A stretch of 64,000 bases of DNA from the human T2T-CHM13v2.0 reference genome, Homo sapiens: NCBI RefSeq assembly GCF_009914755.1, contig NC_060944.1; one strand, written 5' to 3'. Numbering within the stretch: the first letter of the stretch is position 1; every line of letters begins with the position of its first letter. Shown piece after piece: positions 1 through 12,897 of the stretch. Position numbers and translations under genes: made by a program. The notes under the pieces are model-generated. The model did not search any database. It had not been told where the DNA came from and worked only from the letters and a program-made list of their open reading frames with translations.

Positions 1-3000
1 ATTGCTCCTCCCTGGTCGGCAGCTCCACGAGCCTCAAACTCGAACAAGACTTCTCCTCCCCAGGTTGCCAGCTACCACACCCTCGAATTACAACAACATT
101 GCTCCTCCCTGGGTATGTAGCTCCACGACACTCAGACCAGAACAAGACATCTCCTCCCTGGGTCACCAGCTTCCGGACCCTCCAATTACAACCAAATTGC
201 GCCTCCCTGGTTCGGCAGCTCCACGACCCTCAAACTAGAACAAGACCTCTCCTCCCTCGGTCGCCAGCTTCCGGACCCTCGAATTACAACAGCATTGCTC
301 CTCCCTGGTTCGGCAGCTCCACGACCCTCAAACTAGAACAAGACCTCTCCTCCCTGGGTCTCCAGCTTCCAGACCCTCGAATTACAACCAAATTGCTCCT
401 CCCTGGGTCTGCAGCTCCACCACCCTCAAACTAAGACAAGACCTCTCCTTCCTGGGTCACCAGCTTCCTGACCCTCGAACTACAACAAAATTGCTCCTCC
501 CTGATCAGCAGCTCCACCAGCCTCAAACTCGAACAAGACTTCTACTTCCCAGGTTGCCAGCTACCAGACCCTCGAATTACAACAACATTGCTCCTCCCTG
601 GGTCTGCAGCTCCACGACCCTCAGACCAGAAGAAGACCTCTCCTCCCCTGGGTCGCCAGCTTCCTGACCCTCGAATTACAACCAAATTGCTCCTCCCTGG
701 GTCGGCAGCTCCATGACCCTCAAACTCCAACAACACTTCTCTTCCCTGGTTTGCCAGCTACCGGACCCTTGAATTACAACAAAATTGCTCCTCCCTGGGT
801 CTGCAGCTCCACGACCCTCACACCAGAACAAGACCTCTCCTCCCTGGGTCGCCAGCTTTCCGACCCTCCAATTACAACAACATTGCTCCTCCCTGGTTCG
901 GCAGCTCCACGACCCTCAAACTAGAACAAGACCTCTCCTCCCTCGGTCTCCAGCTTCCAGACCCTCGAATTACAACAATATTGCTCCTCCCTGGGTCTGC
1001 AGCTCCATGACCCTCAGACCAGAAGAAGACCTCTCCTCCCTGGGTCGCCAGCTTCCTGACCCTCGAATTACAACCAAATTGCTCCTCCCTGGGTCGGCAG
1101 CTCCACGACCCTCAAACTAGAACAAGACCTCTCCTCCCTGGGTCGCCAGCTTCCAGACCCTTGAATTACAACAACATAGCTCCTGCCTGGGTCTGCAGTT
1201 CCGCAACCCTCAAACTAAAACAAGACCTCTCCTCCCTGGGTCACCAGCTTCCGGACCCTCCAATTACAACCAAATTGCTCCTCCCTGGTTCGGCAGCTCC
1301 ATGACCCTCAAACCAGAACAAGACCTCTCCTCCCTGGGTCTCCAGCTTCCAGACCCTCGAATTACAACCAAATTGCTCCTCCCTGGGTCTGCAGCTCCAC
1401 CACCCTCAAACTAAAACAAGACCTCTCCTCCCTGGGTCACCAGCTTCCTGACCCTCGAACTACAACAAAATTGCTCCTCCCTGATCAGCAGCTCCAGCAG
1501 CCTCAAACTCGAACAAGACTTCTCCTTCCCAGGTTGCCAGCTACCAGACCCTCGAATTACAACAACATTGCTCCTCCCTGGGTCTGCAGCTCCACGACCC
1601 TCAGACCAGAAGAAGACCTCTCCTCACCTGGGTCGCCAGCTTCCTGACCCTCGAATTACAACCAAATTGCTCCTCCCTGGGTCGGCAGCTCCACGACCCT
1701 CAAACTCCAACAACACTTCTCTTCCCTGGGTTGCCAGCTACCGGACCCTTGAATTACAACAAAATTGCTCCTCCCTGGGTCTGCAGCTCCACGACCCTCA
1801 CACCAGAACAAGGCCTCTCCTCCCTGGGTCGCCAGCTTTCGGACCCTCCAATTAAAACAACATTGCTCCTCCCTGGTTCGGCAGCTCCACGACCCTCAAA
1901 CTACAACAAGACCTCTCCTCCCTCGGTCTCCAGCTTCCAGACCCTCGAATTACAACAGAATTGCTCCTCCCTGGGTCTGCAGCTCTACGACCCTCAAACT
2001 AGAACAAGACCTCTCCTCCCTGGGTCTCCAGCTTCCGGACTCTCCAATTACAACCAAATTGCTCCTCCCTGGGTCGGCAGCTCCACGACCCTCAAACTAG
2101 AACAAGACCTCTCCTCCCTGGGTCACCAGCTTCCGGACCCTTGAATTACAACAACATTGCTCCTGCCTGGGTCTGCAGTTCCACAACCCTCAAACTAAAG
2201 ACCTCTCCTCCCTGGGTCGCCAGATTCCTGACCCACGAACTACAACAAAATTGCTCCTCCCTGGTCGGCAGCTCCACGAGCCTCAAACTCGAACAAGACT
2301 TCTCCTCCCCAGGTTGCCAGCTACCACACCCTCGAATTACAACAACATTGCTCCTCCCTGGGTATGTAGCTCCACGACCCTCAGACCAGAACAAGACATC
2401 TCCTCCGTGGTTCACCAGCTTCCGGACCCTCCAATTACAACCAAATTGCGCCTCCCTGGTTCGGCAGCTCCACGACCCTCAAACTAAAACAAGACTTCTC
2501 CTCCCTGGTTCGGCAGCTCCACGACCCTCAAACTAGAACAAGACCTCTCCTCCCTGGGTCTCCAGCTTCCAGACCCTCGAATTACAACCAAATTGCTCCT
2601 CCCTGGGTCTGCAGCTCCACCACCCTCAAACTAAAACAAGACCTCTCCTCCCTGGGTCACCAGCTTCCTGACCCTCGAACTACAACAAAATTGCTCCTCC
2701 CTGATCAGCAGCTCCACCAGCCTCAAACTCGAACAAGACTTCTCCTCCCCAGGTTGCCAGCTACCAGACCCTCGAATTACAACAACATTGCTCCTCCCTG
2801 GGTCTGCAGCTCCACGACCCTCAGACCAGAAGAAGACCTCTCCTCCCCTGGGTCGCCAGCTTCCTGACCCTCGAATTACAACCAAACTGCTCCTCCCTGG
2901 GTCGGCAGCTCCACGACCCTCAAACTCCAACAACACTTCTCTTCCCTGGGTTGCCAGCTACCGGACCCTTGAATTACAACAAAATTGCTCCTCCCTGGGT

Positions 3001-3910
3001 CTGCAGCTCCACGACCTTCACACCAGAACAAGACCTCTCCTCCCTGGGTCGCCAGCTTCCGGACCCTCCAATTACAACAACATTGCTCCTCCCTGGTTCG
3101 GCAGCTCCACGACCCTCAAACTAGAACAAGACCTCTCCTCCCTGGGTCTCCAGCTTCCAGACCCTCGAATTACAACAAAATTGCTCCTCCATGGGTCTGC
3201 AGCTCCACGACCCTCAAACTAGAACAAGACCTCTCCTCCCTGGGTCGCCAGCTTCCTGACCCTCGAACTGCAACAAAATTGCTCCTCCCTGGTCGGCAGC
3301 TCCACGAGCCTCAAACTCGAACAAGACTTCTCCTCCCCAGGTTGCCAGCTACCACACCCTCGAATTACAACAACATTGCTCCTCCCTGGGTCTGCAGCTC
3401 CATGACCCTCAGACCAGAACAAGACCTCTCCTCCACTGGGTCGCCAGCTTCCTGATCCTCGAATTACAACAAAATTGCTCCTCCCTGGGTCGGCAGCTCC
3501 ACGACCCTCAAACTAGAACAAGACCTCTCCTCCCTGGTTCGCCAGCTTCCTGACCCTCAAATTACAACAAAATTGCTCCTCCCTGGGTCTGTGGCTCCAC
3601 AACCCTCAGACCAGAACAAGATCTCTCTCCTCCCTGGGTCTCCAGCTTCTGGACCCTCAAATTACAACCAAATTGCTCCTCCCTGGGTCGGCAGCTCCAC
3701 GACCCTCAAACTCGAACAAGACTTCTCCTCCCCGGGTTGCCAGCTACCGGACCCTCGAACTACAGCAACATTGCTCCTGCCTGGGTCTGCAGCTCCACGA
3801 AAATCAAACTAGAACAAGACCTCTCCTCCCTGGGTCGCCAGCTTTCTGACCCTCGAACTACAGCAATGTTGCTCCTGCCTGGGTCTGCACTCCACAACCC
3901 TCAAACTAGA
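1..3910. repeat. SATR1/SATR2-type satellite array, homogeneous part (alternating 49-bp monomers forming a 98-bp dimer); continues off the left edge
   Basis: About 80 tandem monomers alternate between ATTGCTCCTCCCTGGGTCTGCAGCTCCACGACCCTCAAACTAGAACAAG and ACCTCTCCTCCCTGGGTCGCCAGCTTCCGGACCCTCGAATTACAACAAC. The periodicity is seen directly; the SATR name is from a recalled consensus. Confidence 0.92.
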
Positions 3911-4280
3911 ACAGCAGCACCAGCTGCTTCCTGGACTTCCAGCTCAATGACTCTCACACTTCAATGGCAGCAATGGCTCCACCCCCAGGCTCCAGCTCCA
4001 ACACCCTCAGATCTGAGCAGCGGCAGCACCAGCTCCTTTCTGGGTCTTCTGTTTCACGATCCTTAAATTAGAACAGCAGCACCATCTTCTCCCTGGGTCT
4101 CCAGCTCCACGAAACTCAAGCTAGAATAGCAGCACCGGCTCCTCTGGGATCTTCAGCTCCACGACCCTAAGACATCAGTGGCAGCACTGGCTCCTCCCCT
4201 GGGCTCCAGCTCCAGGACCCTCAAACTTGAACAGAAACACCAGCTCCTCCCCAGGCCTCCAGCTCCTTGACCCTCATAAA
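3911..4280. repeat. Diverged edge monomers of the satellite
   Basis: Degenerate ~49-bp units (AACAGCAGCACCAGCTCCTC...CTCCAGCTCCACGACCCTCAAA) that lose the dimer pattern. Confidence 0.85.
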
Positions 4281-4919
4281 CAATCCCTTCTTATGAAATG
4301 TAGCAGTCAGGAAAACTGTAGAGGAAGTAAATAAATAAATGGTTTCCTTTCAAATTGATGTTTCTTTTCTGTTCACGCAAGTCAGGAAACTTTTCTACTT
4401 TCCATCAACCTTGCAACCTACTTGCATTCAATTGTAAGATGGAAATCCATCATTTGAAATAACCTTTAAAAACTTAGTAGTTCTTTTTTACTATGATCTT
4501 ATCTCACAGCTCTAGAAACGATCTTTCACTTTGCCTGTGCAGAAGTCTTGTGAACATTCAAACTATGAATTTACTTGGTTGAGATTCCTAGAATACACAT
4601 TATCCCCAGATGTTCCTGCCCTCCTTAAAATCTTCTAACAAGTTCCCCTCACCCGAGCATAAATGCCAGTTTCCTATCCACAGCCCACAGTGCCCAGCAC
4701 GGCCCTGCCCTCTGCCCTGACCTTATGGTCTCCCCTCTGCTGTTACTTTCCTCCCAGACAGGCCTCTGTCACTTCCTCAAACCACACAGGCTCAGGCCTG
4801 ACTCCGGGCCTTTGCCCCTGCTGTGCCCCCTGCGTGGAGCGCCTTTCCCCGGCTCCCCATCCTCCTCAACCCGCTCAGCTCCAGCCTGCTGGCCGCCTCT
4901 CAGTCCATGAACACACGAT

Positions 4920-5442
4920 GTCCTCCCCCCAGGCCTTTGCACATGCTGTTCTCTGTGCCTGAAACCCGTCCCCCCTCACCATCTGCGTTCACTTTTCTAA
5001 TTTCCATTCATCCTTGGAGTCTCCCCTGAAATATCGCCCCCCGCCTGCCCCCACCACTTGGACTTAACCTTGCTTAGGTTGAAAACCCCCATCTCCTGAC
5101 TCCAGGAAGCTAGATGCTATCCTGGCACTTGGAACTTTCCCATTACAACGTTTTGCGCACTCGTAATTTATTCTATTAGGTTGGTGCAAAAGTCATCGCA
5201 GTTTTTGTCATTACTCTTAATGAACGGCAGCGCCAGCTCCTCCCCGCTTTTGTTTGCCATTACCTTTACTGGCAAAAGCCGGAATTACTGCTGCATCGAC
5301 CTAATAGAATAATTTATATTTATTCACCTATCATCTGTCTTGCCCTCTAGAAAGTAAGCTCCATGAGAATAGGGACCAAATCTACTCCAACCACTCCAGC
5401 TTCCTAGCACATTGTCAATAATTATTTACCGACTGACTGATA
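4920..5442 (+). mobile_element. L2 fragments (3' region), interrupted by MADE1
   Basis: GGCCTTTGCACATGCTGTTC at ~4932; 3' end TAGAAAGTAAGCTCCATGAG...TGACTGA at ~5348-5440. Confidence 0.6.
5176..5304. mobile_element. MADE1 (Hsmar1-derived MITE), expanded to 129 bp by an internal insertion
   Basis: TIR TTAGGTTGGTGCAAAAG...GCATCGACCTAA; TA target duplications at 5174-75 and 5305-06. Confidence 0.9.
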
Positions 5443-5544
5443 GAGAAATATCTTCATTGTTGCTGGGATGAGCCACATAACATGACACGCCCCTTTGAAA
5501 GTCAATGTCATGGACAGTTAGCATTTGCTTTTCACTCCTGCACC

Positions 5545-5907
5545 TGTGGCTTGGCTGGGCTTAGGCTGATCTAGTCTGGGCTTGACTCCAGGCTGAGGGT
5601 TGGAACCCTGCGTGCTCCACACGCCTCTCATCCTGCAGCTGGAGTCAAAGTTCCCTGGGGCACGCTCGTCTCGTGGGAAAAATCAAGAGCATTAGAGGGC
5701 AGGCCTGGCAGTGCCAACACATTCCAGGCTTCTGCCTGTGCCGTGTCTATGAAAATCTTGTTGGCATAAGCAAGTTACCCAGCCACGAGCAATACCTATG
5801 GGATAGATAAGTCTGTCCACCCTCCCTCGGGCCCTGGTAAGGATGTGGATGTGTCATACTCTTACAGGGGTAGTGAAATATTGAGGCCCAACGTTAAATC
5901 ACCTACA
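5545..5907 (-). mobile_element. MLT1 (MaLR) LTR, MLT1G/H-like
   Basis: Antisense MLT1 motifs (CACATTCCAGGCTTCTGCC, TTGGCATAAGCAAGTTAC), ending in CTACA. Confidence 0.55.
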
Positions 5908-6211
5908 GCAAGATATGTCAGCCTCTGTGTCCCCACGCTGGAATCATGCTTCACCAGCGGGTTTACCTGAACCGACTCCCCTTTGCAATGGTGCCTGCAG
6001 GTTTAGGCCAATGCTGTTCCCTGTGAAGGACAGAGAAGCCTCAATTGGCCTCCGACTGTTGGCAAGAACAAGATATTAGGTTGGCATAAAACAACCACAA
6101 GCCCCAGGTGGCCCGTGCCCATTGAGACAGGAGAGGGGCAGGAAGAACTGTGGGAGCTCAGGGAGCTTCCCATCCCCAGTCCCCTCCCTCCCCCTCTTGT
6201 CCCATCTCCGC

Positions 6212-6388
6212 TTTCTTTTTTTTCCTTTTTTTTTTTTTCTTGAGACAGGGTCTGACTCTGTCACCCAGGCTGGAGTGCAATGTTGCGATCTTGGCTTACT
6301 CCAACCTCCGCCTCCCAGGCTCAAGCAATCCTCCCACCTCAGCCTCCCCAGTGGCTGAGACCACAGGTGCATGCCATCACACCCAGCT

Positions 6389-6421
<33 letters not shown>

Positions 6422-6536
6422 TAGACACAGGATTTTGCCTTGCCCAGGCTGGTGTAGAACTCCTGAGCTCAAGCAATCTGTCCACCTCGACCTCCCAAAG
6501 GGCAGGGATTACAGACATGAATCACTGAGTCCAGCC
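6212..6536 (-). mobile_element. AluJ with an expanded 30-nt middle A-tract
   Basis: Poly-T then TGAGACAGGGTCTGACTCTG; AluJ-type GGCTCAAGCAATCCTCCCACCTCAGCC. Confidence 0.95.
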
Positions 6537-7024
6537 TGCTTTATTTTTCTTTACAGTACCTGGAACGTTCTAATGTACTAAGTAGACGTGTATTTTCTTT
6601 CTTTTTTCTCTTCCCTAGAATAGGAGCTTAATATGGGCAGGTACTTTTGTTTGTCTCATTTATCACCCTATCCCCAGTGGCTGGAACAGTCTCCAGCACA
6701 TGAATGGTGTGTTCTTAATAAATATTTTTAACAAATAAATAAATGAAATATCCTACAAGAGAAAGCTAGTATTTGGAACTCACCCATCAACAGAACCAAA
6801 AAGCCAAAGACCTTTAGCCTGTCCCTACTTCTGAATGCACCCAACCCCACAGGAGCCAGCAGAGAAAAAACAGGAACAAAGGTGGGGAAAAGAGCAGGTG
6901 GTTCCCCCCGCAACTAAGGACCCTCGAGGCTTAGGCTGAACTTGAGCTGGAGAAAGGACTAATGTAGGAACTGGGTGTGAGATAAAAGTTTAGATTTGTC
7001 TGGCCTGGATTTTGTAACACCTAA

Positions 7025-7344
<320 letters not shown>

Positions 7345-7561
7345 ATATTCCATTCATTATTAAGAAGTCTGTTATGATAAATCAAAGTGACCAAAATCCT
7401 AGGGAAACTTCCCCAGATGTCATCAAGAAGCAGAGACCAGAGACCTATCAGCAGGATGGGGACTAGGGCGAGGCAGGGGAGGGAGGCGCTCATCTCTGGA
7501 TTATCAGGGTCCAGCAAGGGAGGTATAAAGTTTAAGGGGGCACCAAAAAATTTACTGATCA

Positions 7562-7899
<338 letters not shown>

Positions 7900-8356
7900 T
7901 TAATATAAATAAAATAAGTATTTAATATAAATAAAATAATATTTTAATGCAGGTTTAAAAAAAATCAAATTTAATGCAAAAAAAAAAAAAAAACCCTAGT
8001 GGGAAAAGTTATCAACATTTCAACTAAGATACAATCCAACCCTGCATTTGCATGATTTGGCCTCACTTACTCACCCTAACCCAACCCTGCCTCACAGAAG
8101 CTGCTCGAAGGCAGCGGTTGGAGAAAAATGAATCCATTTCCTGCTCGTATCTAGTTCAGACCTTCCATAAACCAGCTACAGGTAAGACTGTGATGACCCA
8201 CCTGTGCCAACCAGGACCACAATCTACCATCAGGGCCACAGTAACCGGGTCCATGTTGACTGTCCCCAGGTGCACCCAGATGTTTGACTTAGGGGCTCAG
8301 GCCAGGGTTGCTTCTCCCATTGATATTGTGCACTTGTTAAGAGAAAACAGACAAGA

Positions 8357-8537
8357 CTGGGCACAGTGGCTCACTCCTGTAATCCCAGCACTTTGGGAGG
8401 CTGAAGTGGGCAGATCACCTGAGGTCAGGAGTTCAAGGCCAGCCTGGTCTACAAGGAGAAACCTTTGTCTCTTCTAAATATACACAAATCAGCTGGGTGT
8501 GAGGCACAAGAATCACTTGAACCCAGGAGGCAGAGGA
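8357..8537 (+). mobile_element. Truncated, internally deleted AluS
   Basis: Left arm and linker, then a jump to GAGGCACAAGAATCACTTGAACCCAGGAGGCAGAGG. Confidence 0.85.
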
Positions 8538-9629
8538 ACCCAGGCAGGCCGGGAACTCTGCCATGGGAAGCGGGTGTCTGAGAGCAAGGTCAGTGACACC
8601 ATCTTGTTCTTGGGACTGAACTGGAGGCAGGGAAGCCAGGAGAAGCCCTGGGACCCGGCCTCTGGATGTTCACCATGGGTAGGCAGCTGTTTGCAGGGAG
8701 ATGCCTGAGGGACCCCCAGGTTCCTCATGAAAACCTACAGCTCCGGTAAAATCTGCACTTTCCAGCCTGGGCTGCTTCCCACTGTATGCTCCTGAAGCCA
8801 GACGCCTTCATTCTGACCCCTGGCAATTCCCTGCATAGACCCGCATGTTTCAGGAGGATCCTGACCTGGATCTCAGACCACTGCTTCCCATGGCAGACTT
8901 CCCAGCCAAGCATTTCCTGAAAACGGTCTTCTCAGATTTTCTTCTGAGATGTGGCCAAGGCCCTGAAACAGAGTCTCCCTCCCACACAGGTTCTTACCTG
9001 TGAAACAGGACATGGTGGGAATGGGGAGGAAAGGTTCAGCCCCAGACAAGGAGGCCCTCCCATGGGGACGTCCAAAGAGAAAGATCGGACCCATCAAACC
9101 TCAGAGGCTGCCCTTGGACCTCAGGATGGCATCCAAACCCCCACAGGTCCCTGCCCCCGTCCAGTCCCACCTCCCACCACTCACTCCTGTGTCCACTTGG
9201 TCATGGCCACACTGGTCTCTCCGCTGGCCTTGGACAGACCAGGCTTCCAGGAACCTCAGGGCCTTGGCACGTGCTGGCCCTTCCTCCTGGTATGTTCCCC
9301 ACCCCCACCCTGATCCTCACCCAGTTACCTCCAGGAACCTCGTCACCTGTTAGGTCTCAGATGAATGTCACCTCCTTGGGGGGATTCTCCTGTGTCCTCA
9401 TCACCTCCTCGCCCAGGCCCAGGGCCCAGGTCAGGTCCCCCAAGGCCCCTCTTATCACACTGTAGTGTCTTTTCTTCCCAGCCAGGACCACGTGTAATGA
9501 AACAAGGCCATTGTTATCTGAGGACAACCCATACAACTAAAAAGCCCATTCAAGGTAAATTCAATTAAATTGAGTACCAAAGTTTCACAACAAATGCTTT
9601 GTGATTTAGTTAACAAACATTTACCTTGG

Positions 9630-9830
9630 ATTCACTTTAGGCCAGGCGCTGTTCCCCATACTCCATGTGTATTAAATCATGTACTCTCCAAAACAGGCAC
9701 TACTACATCACCGTCCCCATTTTGCAGATGAAAACACAGAGGCACAGAAAGGTGGTTGCTTGTGTAGAAATCGGCATCATCAGGACTGGATTAGGTCACC
9801 CTGCACCAGACCCCCTGCTCTCAGCCATGT
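9630..9830 (-). mobile_element. MIR
   Basis: Core CCCCATTTTGCAGATGAAAACACAGAGGCACAGA. Confidence 0.75.
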
Positions 9831-10399
9831 ACTTGCCACTTCTTCTAAAAAACAAAACAAACAATCAAAAAAGGTCTAATGAGGGTCTTCTCTAGAAAAG
9901 TAAAGCTAAATGTGATGAAAATAAGTTTTTATTTCCTGTCTAACATTTGGGTTATAGTGGCAGATGTACCCCCATTCTTAAGTAATCAAAGAATGAATCA
10001 AGTACTAATTTTTTTGCATATTTTTTTCTGATAAAACTGTAGCCACAGTCAACCTCTTTCCCCCAGGTTTGAGTTTTGCAGCCTGATCAAAAGAGTCATT
10101 TTCAAAAACCCCCAGGGGCTCCAGAGCCTCCACAGGGGCCCCTCTTCCTCCTGGCATTGTCTCTATTCCCTTTGGGATATTCTGCTGGATTTGAGGAGAT
10201 CCTCATTCCTGCTGGTTCCACTTCTTTCAGTGTTCATCAGTCTACATGTTCCAGGTCCTCACTGTTGGACTCTGTGGGTGACGCAAGGAATACTTCCTAT
10301 TGCATGGTGGGATATACAGGCTCACCCACAGCCCCATGGTGAACCCACCCCACATCCGCTGTGAAACCCCTAGTAAGGACCAGACCAATCATTCACACC

Positions 10400-10569
10400 C
10401 AGTGGAGTGCAGGCAGCCAGCTCTGAGAACCAACTGTGAAATGTTCAGAAATTTTGTTAATTGGTGTTAAACCTCTGGTAGTTTGAAATCAGCCATGTTG
10501 GGAGTATTTATACCAGGAAAACTGGGCTTTTCTTGACCCTAAAGTGCTGGTTTATCGGCCCAGCACTGA
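10400..10569. mobile_element. MER63-like hAT MITE
   Basis: CAGTGG...GGTAGTTTGAAATCAGCCATGTTGGGAGTATTTATACC...CAGCACTG. Confidence 0.6.
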
Positions 10570-12897
10570 AGTTATACCTCACGCACAGCCCTGACTTTTG
10601 GATGGAAACTACCGTTATCCTATTTGGGGTCGCTTCCCAGTGGCTCCCATGTCCAAGACCCCAGCTTTCTCTTTCTCTCTTCACCCACTTTGGATTGGGA
10701 GCCTCAAAACCACTGTGCTGAAACCACTTCTAGGCATCAGCACCATTCACTAACAGCACACTGGCCTTTGTTCTAAGACAGGGATTCAGCAGTTACATAG
10801 ATGTGCACTGAGCACTGAGCTGTCCTAGGTGCTGAAATGATTTCATCAGGAGCAATCAGAGGCTGCCTAGTCCAGGAATCTCAGACATTTGACCCTGGCT
10901 GAATGCCCTTATTGGAGCAGGAAAGAAGTGCAACAGTTTGCAATAAAATAGGCCCCTCATTTGCCATCCAGGGACACACACAAAGAAGCAACAGTGAACA
11001 GTCAGTACTTCACCCAGATTCAAGCAACACATCCCGACCTATGTGGTATCCTCCCTGTGACACAGGAACGGGGTGGGAGAGGAGTTCTCTAGCCACTTGC
11101 CTCCCAAGCTCATCCATGGGAAAGCATCTTGCTCCCAAGCTGTCAGGGAGAACCACAAAACCCCCCTCAGCCGGCAGGAAGCTTGCCCCACCCTCTTCCC
11201 CATTCACCCCCTCACTTTCTCCCCTCCTCCACTGACACTCCTCAACTCCCTGGACTGTCCACTCAGCCCCAGACCTTCTCTCTTCTGCCCCCACTGTGTC
11301 GTGACTGTCAGCCATTCCTCCCTAGTCCAGAAATGTCCATGAGGGTGAGAGAGCAGGGGGAGGACAGGACCCTCCAGGATGACCTGGCCTCAGAAAAAGA
11401 GCATCTAAAACACATCGGAGGCATCGCCTTGTGAAGCTTCAACTGCCAGCAAGTCCCATCCACAGATTCTGTCTTCTTTGCACAAACAGCATCTGCCTCC
11501 TTCCTGGCTTGTTGTTATCAGAATCTCAAGAGATGCCAGACCCCAGGAAATGTGGACAGAGGGGCTCTGATCTGTCTCATCTGTTTGACTATTTGATTAA
11601 TATCCTCCCTTGCTCTGCCTTCCCCACCATTTCATCATCAGGCCCAGCCACAGGCTTGGCACGTTGCAGGCGCTAAACAAATACTTTCCTGAACAAATGA
11701 TGAACACTTTGGTTTGGACGGGGGCTATTAACTTTTTGACCTTAGGGTGAGAACCATTTCACACACACTTTCAATAATCAAGAAATACTTAATTGTAATT
11801 TATTCAAGGGTATTTTTTCTTTCTGAGATGTTTAGTTCCTATTTTCGTTTCTTTGTCCATGTGGGAAGTAAACAGCAAATTGCCTGCATGTAGAATGTAT
11901 TCAGTGGAGCTGCCTTAATTAGCTAATTTACTCATGTCTCACTGGAGAGCAATCAGAAAGAGTCCTTGTAGGTGCTGTTTAAGTTTGCAAAAGTGTCCTT
12001 CCCTTCCACAGCCACAGATGTCCTGGGCAGCTGGACCTGGGGAAGGGGCAATATATTCCCACCCACTCACCCTAATTTCCACACCCAGCCGCTGACTCCA
12101 TTGTAACAGAGCACTGGGCAAAACATTCCTGTGCCTAACATTCTTCCTCAGGAGCGTCTTCAAATTGTGGCGGAAGCCCCTGAGTTTATGCCCGTGGAGC
12201 TCTGAACCCTGCAAAGGGCTGGCCAGGGGTGGGGAGGCTGTGCCCCACCCTCCACTCAGGGCTCACCCCAAGTCCCCCAGGGGTCCCCAGTACTCACTGT
12301 GAAGCAAGAAGTGGAGCACCCTGATGGGGAATGGCCCTGCCAGGGTCATGTCCCACAAACTGTGTAAGCAAAGGAGACAGCACCTGCTTTCCAAGGCCTG
12401 CCCAATGGGCCAAGGTTCAGCTTAGGTGAGAGGGCCCGGCTATCCCTACCCATGTTTCAGCTCAGGGGATAAAACCCTTCCTGCTACAAAGCTTCCTTTT
12501 ACAAGCAGATAAACCCTGGCCAGGACTTCTAAAATCTTTACATTCAGGTAGCTTTTGGCCAATCTTTGGTGAATTTGTTTAATCATATTTCTTTACTGGA
12601 AGTCATTATCTGAGATGAGCAATTTTTTACTGGGGCAGGTTTGTGACTTCAATGAGCCTTGCCTTCCTTGTCTCTTAAAGGTCACCATTGGAAATAGATC
12701 GACAATGTAGCACGAAAGTACCTAGCACAGTGCCTGGCTCAGACATTCTATCAGCAGCTACCTGCCTCCAGTCTGTCCTCCTCTCTGTTTTCTGCATTAT
12801 CTCTTTCTGTAGTATAAAAGAGACAACTTTTCTTCAAAGCTGTCTAGATTTTAGCCTTTGGAAGTTCAAAAACATTGGCCAGTTACCCATGTCATAG

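Noticed and set aside
2-4066. Many Pro/Ser/Leu-rich ORFs (60-156 aa), and a superficially CRISPR-like periodicity
   Set aside because: These are translations of the 49-bp satellite. The period is not a multiple of 3, stops recur, and there are no unique spacers or cas genes.
4280-6000. Expected OR7E olfactory-receptor pseudogene beside the SATR array
   Set aside because: SATR arrays are, as I recall, associated with OR7E duplicons, but I found no OR motifs (MAYDRYVAIC, PMLNPFIY) in the ORF track or sequence
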